The position numbers and the translations under genes were made by a program. Below, in pieces: positions 27,274 through 34,399 of a DNA stretch of 34,399 bases. Location of the stretch: positions 1 to 34,399 of the forward strand of contig JBDGUY010000002.1 of assembly GCA_039585935.1 (NCBI GenBank), read 5' to 3'. The notes under the pieces were generated by a model, which worked only from the letters and a program-made list of their open reading frames with translations, had not been told where the DNA came from and ran no database searches. This stretch comes from Gemmatimonadota bacterium (lineage in GTDB: Bacteria > Gemmatimonadota > Gemmatimonadetes > Palauibacterales > Palauibacteraceae). The first letter of the stretch is position 1; every line of letters starts with the position of its first letter.

Positions 27274-27449
27274 TCCGGTTCGCCGCTCCCCCTGAGCTGC
27301 TTCAGCGCCGGCGTTGCCGCCCCGTCGGCTCCGCCCTACCGTGGCGGGAACGTAGACGCCGGGCCGGTTCCCCGACAACAGGAATCCCGGAAGAGCTGGC
27401 GCTCTCAGCTCCGGGCGACATGCTCGTGGCGCAGCCCGAGGAGAGATCG

Positions 27450-27938
27450 GTGCGAGTAGGATTGATCAGCGATATCCATGGAAAACTCAGGCCCGGGGTG
27501 TTCGAGCTGCTCGAGGGCGTGGACCGGATTCTGTTCGCCGGGGACGTGGAACGGCTCGAATTGCTGGACGAGCTGGAGGTGATCGCACCCGTCGACGCGG
27601 TCTGGGGCAATGTGGACGGTCACGAGATCCGCAGGTGGACCGCGGAATCGATAGAGATGGAACTGGAGGGTGTGCAATTCGCCGTTACCCATGGGGACAG
27701 GGTCGCGCCCCGATTCGATTCGCTGCTCGAGCTGTATCCGACGGCCGATGTGATCGTGCACGGTCACAGTCACGTACCGCGCTGTGATCGCCGGGGAAAC
27801 AGGTGGATCGTGAACCCGGGAGCGGCCACCAAGCCCAGGTCCGGACATCCCGCGTCGGTTGCCATCGCGCTGGTGGAGAACGGCGAGGTCGAGATTACGC
27901 ACATATCGCTGATAGACGGAGCCCCGTTTACCCCCTAG
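27450..27938 (+). CDS. Metallophosphoesterase (YfcE/MJ0936 family)
   Basis: GAGGAG then GTG 27450; SDIHG, AGD, GNVD, THG, HGHSH and NPG. Confidence 0.93.
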   Translation: MRVGLISDIHGKLRPGVFELLEGVDRILFAGDVERLELLDELEVIAPVDAVWGNVDGHEIRRWTAESIEMELEGVQFAVTHGDRVAPRFDSLLELYPTADVIVHGHSHVPRCDRRGNRWIVNPGAATKPRSGHPASVAIALVENGEVEITHISLIDGAPFTP

Positions 27939-27956
27939 TCGACCGCTCCGTGCGCG

Positions 27957-28784
27957 TCAGCGCTGACAGCCGGGGCAGAAGTAGGTACTCCTGCCCGCCT
28001 GCACGATCCGCCGAATGAGGTGACCACAATTCGTGCACGATTCGCCCTCGCGCCCGTATACCTTGAGCAATGTCTGGAAGGAACCGGATCTGCCGTTTAC
28101 GGCGCGATAGTCCCGGAATGTCGTCCCCGAGCTGCCCAGCGACGAACGCAAGATGCGGCGAAGGGATCGATGCAGCCGCTGGATCTCGCGATCCGTGAGG
28201 TCGGATACCGGGCGAGTCGGATCGATTCGGGCCCCGTGCAGCGCCTCGCTGGCGTATATGTTCCCGACTCCAGCCACACGGGACTGGTCCATCAAAGCAT
28301 TCTTGACGGGGGCGCGACCTTTCCGGAGCGCGTCACCGAGGTCGGAGGCTCGAAAGCCCGTGGCCAGCGGCTCCGGGCCGAAACGTGATTCCTCCCGCGC
28401 CCATTCGGGCCAGGTAAGCAACAGGAAACCTCCGAGCCGCCTTACATCATCGTAGAACAGCGTCCGGCCGTCGTCGAGGTCGAACTCTGCCGCGACGTGT
28501 TGAAAGCCGGCGAGCGGCGGGACTGCTCCCCGTCCGATGGCAAACCGCCCTGTCATCCGCAGCTGGGTCACGAGGAGCCCATCGTCGAATCTCAGCAGGA
28601 GCCACTTCGCGCGCCGGTCCACTCCGCGGATCAACCGGCCCTCCAGTCGGCGGCTGAATTCCGGGCCGGACAGGGAGTCAAGGATGATGTCGGCGTGATG
28701 GATGCGGACGGCCGAAATTCGCCGTCCTTCGAGTTCGGGGGCCAGATCCCGGCGTATCGTCTCTACTTCCGGGAGCTCGGGCAT
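27957..28784 (-). CDS. mutM: Formamidopyrimidine-DNA glycosylase
   Basis: MPELPEVET, RRAK, LRMTG, H2TH motif DQ..VAGVGNIYASE and C-terminal CxxC...CxxC zinc finger. Confidence 0.97.
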   Translation of the reverse strand: MPELPEVETIRRDLAPELEGRRISAVRIHHADIILDSLSGPEFSRRLEGRLIRGVDRRAKWLLLRFDDGLLVTQLRMTGRFAIGRGAVPPLAGFQHVAAEFDLDDGRTLFYDDVRRLGGFLLLTWPEWAREESRFGPEPLATGFRASDLGDALRKGRAPVKNALMDQSRVAGVGNIYASEALHGARIDPTRPVSDLTDREIQRLHRSLRRILRSSLGSSGTTFRDYRAVNGRSGSFQTLLKVYGREGESCTNCGHLIRRIVQAGRSTYFCPGCQR

Positions 28785-30061
28785 CAGCCCAATTCCGACC
28801 GTCCGATGTCGTTCCTCCAGGTCGCACCGTCGAATCTGATTCGGGCTGCTGCGTCGCGGCTCCGCGCGGCGGCCTCGGCCAGATCCGCTCCGATCCCCGT
28901 CGCACCGAATACGCGACCACCGGCCGTGACCAGGCCGTCGGGGCCCAGCGCCGTGCCCGCGTGATACAGGTGCACCGAAGATTCCTCCAGATCGGTCGGG
29001 ATCTCTATTGGAATCCCCTTTGGATACGATCCCGGGTATCCGCCGCTCACCACGACCGTCACGAGTGCGGCGCCGGGTGACAGGTCGGGAGTCCAGCCCC
29101 CGAGACTTCCTCCCCGTGCTACGGCATCCATCGGTTCGACCAGGTCACTGCGGGTGAGCGGCAGAACGACCTGGGCCTCCGGGTCGCCGAGTCGGCAGTT
29201 GAATTCGATCACCTTCGGGCCGTCGGCTGTCAGCATCAGTCCTGCGTACAGGAAGCCCTGATACGGGCTGCCCCGGGACGCCAGACCGGCGAGAACCGGC
29301 TCGGCGACCTCAGTGCGGATTCGGTCGATGAGATCGGCGTCAGCTCCGCGCACGGGAGAATAGGCGCCCATGCCTCCGGTGTTCGGCCCGAGGTCACCCT
29401 CAAGCAGTCGCTTGTGGTCACGCGACGGGACGAGGGGAACGGCCGTCACACCATCGGAGAGGAAGAACACGGACAATTCCTCTCCTTCCATGAATTCCTC
29501 AACGACGAGTTCATCGCCGGCGGAGCCGAATCTCCGGTCGACCATCACCTCTCGGACAGCCTGTTCCGCCTCCTCACGGTCGGAGCAGACGATGGCGCCC
29601 TTTCCGGCAGCGAGCCCGGACGCCTTCACCACTACCGGACCGGATCCGGAACGCACGTAGTCGAGAGCGGCGTCAGGGTCTGTAAACACCTCGAATTCCG
29701 CCGTCGGGACGCCCTCGTCGAACATCAATTGCTTGGCAAACGCCTTGGACGATTCGATCCGTGCGGCTGCAGCACTCGGGCCGAACAGGGGCAACCGTTC
29801 GGCAGCGAATGCATCGCCAATGCCGGCGGCGAGCGGTGCTTCCGGCCCGACGATCGTCAGGCCCGCTCGCTCTGCACGGGCCAGCGCGACCAGGCCCGGG
29901 ACATCGTCCGCCGCGACCTCCACGTTCCGGCCCAACTGTGCCGTACCGGGATTGCCGGGAGCGATGAGCAGCTCCACTCCCGGTGCAGTGCTTCGGATCG
30001 CTGCGGCCATCGCATGCTCACGGCCGCCGTTTCCCACGAGAAGGATCGTTTTCGAGTTCAT
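28784..30061 (-). CDS. purD: Phosphoribosylamine-glycine ligase
   Basis: GNGGREHA, GPEAPL, ESSKAFAK, KASGLAAGKG, DHKR..GD.GPNTGGMG and EFNCRLGDPE. Confidence 0.98.
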   Translation of the reverse strand: MNSKTILLVGNGGREHAMAAAIRSTAPGVELLIAPGNPGTAQLGRNVEVAADDVPGLVALARAERAGLTIVGPEAPLAAGIGDAFAAERLPLFGPSAAAARIESSKAFAKQLMFDEGVPTAEFEVFTDPDAALDYVRSGSGPVVVKASGLAAGKGAIVCSDREEAEQAVREVMVDRRFGSAGDELVVEEFMEGEELSVFFLSDGVTAVPLVPSRDHKRLLEGDLGPNTGGMGAYSPVRGADADLIDRIRTEVAEPVLAGLASRGSPYQGFLYAGLMLTADGPKVIEFNCRLGDPEAQVVLPLTRSDLVEPMDAVARGGSLGGWTPDLSPGAALVTVVVSGGYPGSYPKGIPIEIPTDLEESSVHLYHAGTALGPDGLVTAGGRVFGATGIGADLAEAAARSRDAAARIRFDGATWRNDIGRSELG

Positions 30062-30078
30062 GCGAGCTACGATGCAGA

Positions 30079-30117
30079 GCGCGGCCCGCCCCCGCCACCC
30101 GGCGGGAGGGACCGCGC
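30079..30117 (-). other. Strong 17-bp stem-loop between the M48 gene and purD
   Basis: Minus strand GCGCGGTCCCTCCCGCC-GGGT-GGCGGGGGCGGGCCGCGC, with two G-U pairs and one bulge. Confidence 0.6.
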
Positions 30118-30145
30118 AACTCAGCGGCGGAGATTACCGGCAGGA

Positions 30146-31144
30146 TCAGGTCTCGCGCGACTTCCTCCACACGTCCCCGACTCGGGTCTTGAGCCTGTCC
30201 ACGGCGGCGTCCACCTCGTCGAAGATCTCATGCGCCGAGTCCGTGTATCCGCGCATCGCCTCTGCCACGTCCTGCTTGTACGGGCGCATGTCGGCTTCGT
30301 CGCGGCGCTGGTAGTCGCCCGCCATGATTCTCTCGTAGGTGCCGGAGTCAATCCAGTCGCGAAGCTCGGCAACGCGAACTACCGCGAACGGGTGCGTGGC
30401 CCCGATCGCGTTCAGCACCTTGTACACGGAATCCAGCAGGTCCCCACCCTCGCGGTACTCGTCCGACTGCGCGATGAAGGCTTCGAGGTCGAGCGGCTCG
30501 CCGCGCGTGCCCCCGGCCAGCTTCATGAGCGAGCTCATCACGATTTCCGGATCCTGCATCCCGAGTAGTGCGGCCCGGTCGCAGGACAGCTCTGATTTCC
30601 GGTACCACTCGAGCAGGGCCAGGAGAATCGGGAGAACGGCGATTCCTGCCAGCGGGAACCGAAATACCGTGAGCTTCATGAGGAGCAGCAACAGGGTCCG
30701 GTACAGCACGTGTCCGCTGAGGATATGTCCGACCTCATGCGCGATCACCGCCTCCGTTTCATCCCTGTTCAGCACCTCGAGCATCGAGGAATTGAGCACG
30801 ATGAACGGATCGCCCAGTCCGACGGCGCCAGCGTTCACTACCGGCGTCTGTGATACGTAGAGCTCGGGAACTTCCTTCAGATCGAGAATCTCGCAGACGC
30901 GCAGCAGCCGTTCGTGAACCCAGGGATACTGTACTTCTGAGACCCGCACGGCGTTGGCCTTGAATGCAAGTCGAATCGCACGCTCCCCGAACATCCCGAA
31001 CACCTTGCGCAGGGCAAGATCGAATCCGGGTATCTTCCGCAGGGCGTTGAGTGCCGCCCGGTCAGCGGGGTGTTCCCAGGCGATCGGGCTGATCTCGGTA
31101 AGCACGCGTCGTTGTGACATGTGTTTGCTGTCGTTGTCGTCCAT
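30146..31144 (-). CDS. M48-family zinc metallopeptidase
   Basis: WEHPADR, NAGAVG, HEVGH (HExxH), ELSCDR and THP...R. Confidence 0.92.
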   Translation of the reverse strand: MDDNDSKHMSQRRVLTEISPIAWEHPADRAALNALRKIPGFDLALRKVFGMFGERAIRLAFKANAVRVSEVQYPWVHERLLRVCEILDLKEVPELYVSQTPVVNAGAVGLGDPFIVLNSSMLEVLNRDETEAVIAHEVGHILSGHVLYRTLLLLLMKLTVFRFPLAGIAVLPILLALLEWYRKSELSCDRAALLGMQDPEIVMSSLMKLAGGTRGEPLDLEAFIAQSDEYREGGDLLDSVYKVLNAIGATHPFAVVRVAELRDWIDSGTYERIMAGDYQRRDEADMRPYKQDVAEAMRGYTDSAHEIFDEVDAAVDRLKTRVGDVWRKSRET

Positions 31145-31261
31145 CTCCGCCTTCCATGTGTCCGGAGGTCCCGGGATCCGGTCCAGACCGCTCCCGCCAT
31201 TCGCTACCCGGCACTACGCTAACCGCCCGACCGCGGTTTCAGAATCGTCGTCCGGGGCTGC

Positions 31262-32422
31262 TCAGATGCTGTCGAGTGCCTGCGCCAGGTCGGCGACCAG
31301 ATCGTCCGGGTCTTCGATTCCGACCGACAGTCTGACGAGGCTGTCGGTAAGCCCCATCGCCTCACGTCGTTCGGCGGAAACGGAGGCATGCGTCATACGG
31401 CCGGGCACCGAGATCAGGCTCTCCACTCCGCCGAGACTCTCGGCCAGCGCGAACAATCGGGTCCGACTGGCCATCGCTTCCGCTCGCTCCGGCGTTCCCA
31501 CGTCGAGTGTGATCATCCCCCCGAACCCTTTCATCTGCCTGCGGGCGAGCTCGTGCTGGGGGTGTGCCGGCAGACCTGGATACAGCACCCGCTCGACCCC
31601 CGGATGCTCGTCCAGGAATACGGCGATCCGGGCTGCGTTGTCGCAGTGCGCACGCATACGGACGTGAAGGGTCTTGGTCGAACGGAGGAGGAGAAAGCAG
31701 TCCATCGGCCCGGGAACCGCACCCGTCGCCATCTGCTGCCAGCCGAGCGCTTCGGCGAGAGGATCCGAATTGACCACGACCACGCCTCCGATCACGTCGC
31801 TGTGGCCACCCAGGTACTTGGTGGAGGAATGGACGACGAGGTCTGCGCCGAGTTCGATCGGACGCTGCAGCCATGGTGTCGCGAAAGTATTGTCCACGAC
31901 CAGCAGTGCTCCCGACTCGTGCGCGATCGTCGCGCAGGCGTCGAGGTCTGTGAGCTGCATGAGCGGGTTGGTAGGGGTCTCCAGGAACACGAGGCGGGCA
32001 CCCGAACTGAGCCCGCGTCGAAGAGCCTCCGGATCGGACGAATCGACGAATTCGAATTCGATTCCGAAACGCTCCCAGAACCGAAACAGGCGTTCGCTGC
32101 CCCCGTACAGATTGTCCCCGGCCACCACCCTGTCGCCGGCGGAAAGCGTAGCCTTGAGTACCGCCTCCATCGCCGCGAGTCCGGAGCCGAAAGCCCGGGC
32201 CGCGACACCACCTTCGAGCGCGGCGAGATTCGCTTCCAGCGCGGTGCGGGTCGGGTTCGTCATCCGAGCGTACTCGTAGCCGTTCCTGGGCCGAGCCACT
32301 CCATCCTGGACGAAGGTGGACGTCTGGTAGATCGGGGTCATGATCGCCCCGCTGCGCGGCTCTGGTTCCTGGCCCGCGTGGATCGCGAGAGTCCCGAAAC
32401 CGTCATCGGGAAGCGTGTGCAT
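31262..32422 (-). CDS. Cystathionine gamma-lyase/gamma-synthase family PLP enzyme
   Basis: PIYQTSTF, Y.R..NPTR, ETPTNP, DNTFATP, HSSTKYLGGHSD, AESLGGVESL and RLSVGIE; GGGAGAG RBS favours ATG 32422. Confidence 0.95.
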   Translation of the reverse strand: MHTLPDDGFGTLAIHAGQEPEPRSGAIMTPIYQTSTFVQDGVARPRNGYEYARMTNPTRTALEANLAALEGGVAARAFGSGLAAMEAVLKATLSAGDRVVAGDNLYGGSERLFRFWERFGIEFEFVDSSDPEALRRGLSSGARLVFLETPTNPLMQLTDLDACATIAHESGALLVVDNTFATPWLQRPIELGADLVVHSSTKYLGGHSDVIGGVVVVNSDPLAEALGWQQMATGAVPGPMDCFLLLRSTKTLHVRMRAHCDNAARIAVFLDEHPGVERVLYPGLPAHPQHELARRQMKGFGGMITLDVGTPERAEAMASRTRLFALAESLGGVESLISVPGRMTHASVSAERREAMGLTDSLVRLSVGIEDPDDLVADLAQALDSI

Positions 32423-32571
32423 GGACTTCTCTCCCATTATCTGCTTCTGCTCGGTCAGCCGAATCGCCGGAGCGCTCTCGTAAGGACACGCCCGAAGCTA
32501 CAGCGAATTGGCTGCTCTTCGCACCGGTCGAGCCCGCATGTGCGGTCTCGCGCCGACTTTGAGGCGGCGAT

Positions 32572-32591
32572 GAGTGTCCGAATGAACACTC
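32572..32591. promoter_or_regulatory. Palindromic operator-like site GAGTGT-N8-ACACTC
   Basis: GAGTGTCCGAATGAACACTC lies in the divergent intergenic region. Confidence 0.45.
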
Positions 32592-32718
32592 GGTCATGTA
32601 CTGGAATTACAGATGCAGACAGCGGCCCCGACGGCATGACGACAGAACCCGCGGCGGCAAGGACAAAACCGTTGCGTCGGCAGCCATCCGAGCGACTACA
32701 CGCCCTGTTGCCAGGGAG

Positions 32719-33162
32719 ATGAATACGACCGATCGAGGCTCCGGAAGCCCGGTGGAGACCGAGCGGCGCGACCTCGCGGGCAACGATGCGGTACCTGGCG
32801 ACCACTCCGCGGACCGCTCGGCGCATCGCATCTATGCGGAAGTCCTGTGGTCGACTTTCGATCGCCTGCCGCTCGTGGCGCCGGAGGCGAGGGCGTCCGT
32901 CGAGACAGGGTTGATCGCGCTGTGCCGCCGACTCGATGTGGAACCGGTCGCCGTGAGGGTCTCGGCCACGAGAGCTCGTCTCGTGCTGCGATTCAAGCCT
33001 GCGCACTCGATTGGAGCCGTCGTCACCGCCCTCAAGCTCGGATCCCAGGACGCCGCTGTCGTCGCGGGACGTCCGATCCGCTGGGCCCCTGGTTTCGCCT
33101 GCCTGACTCTCTCGGTGACGGAAGTCCGTCGTCGGGCTCTCCGGCTCCGGGCGCGATACTGA
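32719..33162 (+). CDS. IS200/IS605 TnpA (Y1 transposase)-fold protein lacking catalytic residues; start 32719 or 32752
   Basis: RIYAEVLWSTFDRLPL...TRARLVL..KP..SI..VV..LK.GS...WAPGF...LS is colinear with TnpA YHxVWxTKxRxP...DHVHLL...P..S...V..LKG.S...WxxGY...S. HUH reads RAR and YIxNQ is absent. Confidence 0.7.
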   Translation: MNTTDRGSGSPVETERRDLAGNDAVPGDHSADRSAHRIYAEVLWSTFDRLPLVAPEARASVETGLIALCRRLDVEPVAVRVSATRARLVLRFKPAHSIGAVVTALKLGSQDAAVVAGRPIRWAPGFACLTLSVTEVRRRALRLRARY

Positions 33163-33318
33163 TTTTCCAATTCCTTGCCCGCGCATCCAAAGTTGGACCA
33201 ATGACCTATCCCGCTTTGGGCCGATTGGGGCTATTCTTGCGCTGCCGTCTTGAGATCTGCTTTGTGATGGCGACGACGGATCCAGGGAAAGCAGGAACCT
33301 GGAGACAAGACTATCTGC

Positions 33319-34399
33319 ATGGAGAGGGATGTGTCGGTCACGCACCCATTGATTGTATCCGCGTCCGGAATCCGGGGAATCGTCGGGCACACGATGACAC
33401 CCGAGATCACCAGCCGGTACGGAGCCGCATTCGGAGCGTTTCTGCGCGAGCGTTCGGGGAGCGATGCCACGGGACACTATGTACTGGTAGGGCGGGACTC
33501 CCGGACTTCGGGGCCGCTCCTGGCGGACGCGGTGGCCGCGGGGCTTTGCGCCGCGGGCGTGGATGTCCGCATGACGGGAATCGCTCCCACACCTACCCAC
33601 CTCCTCGCCGTACGGGATGATCCGGCGGCGATCGGTGGTCTGATCGTCACAGCGTCCCACAATCCCGTCGAGTGGAACGGATTGAAACTCGCTTCCGCCG
33701 ATGGCCGATTCGTCAGTCCCGTGGACGGGGAGAAGATCCAGGCGCTGTTCGAGCAGGGGCCGGTCCTCGCGGAATGGGACGACCTCGGATCCCGCACGGT
33801 GCAAGCCGGTGTCATCGAACATCACATCGAGCGGATTCTCGGTCTCGAACTCGTCGATGTCGACGCAATCAGGGATTGGGCCCCAACCGTCGCGCTGGAT
33901 TGCGTTCATGGTGCCGGGTCCGTCGTGGTTCCGGAGCTCCTGCGCAGACTCGGGTGCAGCGTGGCAGGAATCGGGCTCGAGCCCGATGGTCGGTTCCCTC
34001 GCAATCCAGAGCCGACGCCTGAGAACCTGGGCGAGTTGGGAGATCTGGTCCGGGCAACAGGTGCTCCGGTCGGGTTCGCAGTCGATCCGGACTCGGACCG
34101 GTTGTCGATAGTAGATGAGGCGGGGACCCCAATCGGCGAAGACTGGACTCTGGCACTCGCGGTCGAGTACGTACTCGGCCGGCGAACCGGGTCGGTGGTG
34201 ACGAATCTCTCTTCCAGCCAGTCTATCGAAGACGCGGCGGACGCTGCAGGCGTTCCCTTCTTCCGGAGTGCTGTGGGTGAGGCGAGAGTGGCGGAGCGAA
34301 TGGCCGAGACCGGGGCCGTGATCGGTGGGGAGGGGAATGGTGGTGTCATGCTTCCAGATCTCAATCTCACCAGGGACGCTCCTCTCGCGGCGGCGCTCG
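33319..34399 (+). CDS. Phosphoglucosamine mutase/phosphomannomutase family (partial, runs off window; absent from the ORF track)
   Basis: Manual translation gives SASGIRGIVG, VGRDSRTSG, APTP, TASHNP (phospho-Ser), NGLK, DPDSDR and GGEGNGG; start ATG 33319 or GTG 33331. Confidence 0.95.
   Translation, partial: MERDVSVTHPLIVSASGIRGIVGHTMTPEITSRYGAAFGAFLRERSGSDATGHYVLVGRDSRTSGPLLADAVAAGLCAAGVDVRMTGIAPTPTHLLAVRDDPAAIGGLIVTASHNPVEWNGLKLASADGRFVSPVDGEKIQALFEQGPVLAEWDDLGSRTVQAGVIEHHIERILGLELVDVDAIRDWAPTVALDCVHGAGSVVVPELLRRLGCSVAGIGLEPDGRFPRNPEPTPENLGELGDLVRATGAPVGFAVDPDSDRLSIVDEAGTPIGEDWTLALAVEYVLGRRTGSVVTNLSSSQSIEDAADAAGVPFFRSAVGEARVAERMAETGAVIGGEGNGGVMLPDLNLTRDAPLAAAL

Noticed and set aside
27349-27371. 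Autoregulatory ECF promoter GGAAC...CGTT upstream of the sigma gene (minus strand)
   Set aside because: The spacer is 14 nt, about 2 shorter than typical ECF promoters, so it is not supportable without TSS data.
30062-30145. ZTP, purine or PRPP riboswitch upstream of purD
   Set aside because: Only a simple hairpin is present, with no conserved aptamer nucleotides.
32438-32570. SAM riboswitch upstream of the Cys/Met lyase
   Set aside because: No SAM-I (AUC.AGAG...GCAACC) or SAM-II core was found on the minus strand.
32596-33200. Active IS200/IS605 element
   Set aside because: Catalytic residues are absent, and there is no tnpB or convincing subterminal hairpin ends.
33225-33330. TPP riboswitch or glmS ribozyme (TGAGA, GAACCTG and AGGGA fragments present)
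   Set aside because: The ACCC pairing segment and P5 loop of TPP, and the glmS catalytic core, are missing; gene context does not fit TPP.

Overview
GC-rich bacterial chromosomal segment made mostly of housekeeping genes; Gemmatimonadota-like (inferred from protein style and gene order, not verified). Identifiable genes include ispG, rpsU, a cold-shock gene, pyk, lepA, a coupled GT9-ROK-PfkB-kinase-STAS-acylase run, ypdA-nfu-mrp-DUF62, an ECF sigma/anti-sigma operon, mutM, purD, an M48 peptidase, a Cys/Met PLP lyase and a partial phosphohexomutase. No rRNA, tRNA, CRISPR or intact mobile element was seen. Four things stand out. (1) Two tandem NrdR-box pairs (32 and 31 bp apart) each overlap a TTGACC promoter, yet lie upstream of small unknown ORFs rather than a ribonucleotide reductase; the first is followed by phased DnaA-like boxes. 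(2) An intact IS200/TnpA-fold ORF has lost its HUH and catalytic Tyr residues. (3) A STAS-GHKL kinase is paired with a STAS-winged-helix protein, resembling a sigma-less partner switch. (4) A lipoprotein carries a pilin-like head domain. All calls are from motif recognition by eye, several starts were re-assigned using RBS or overlap evidence, and no database search was run.
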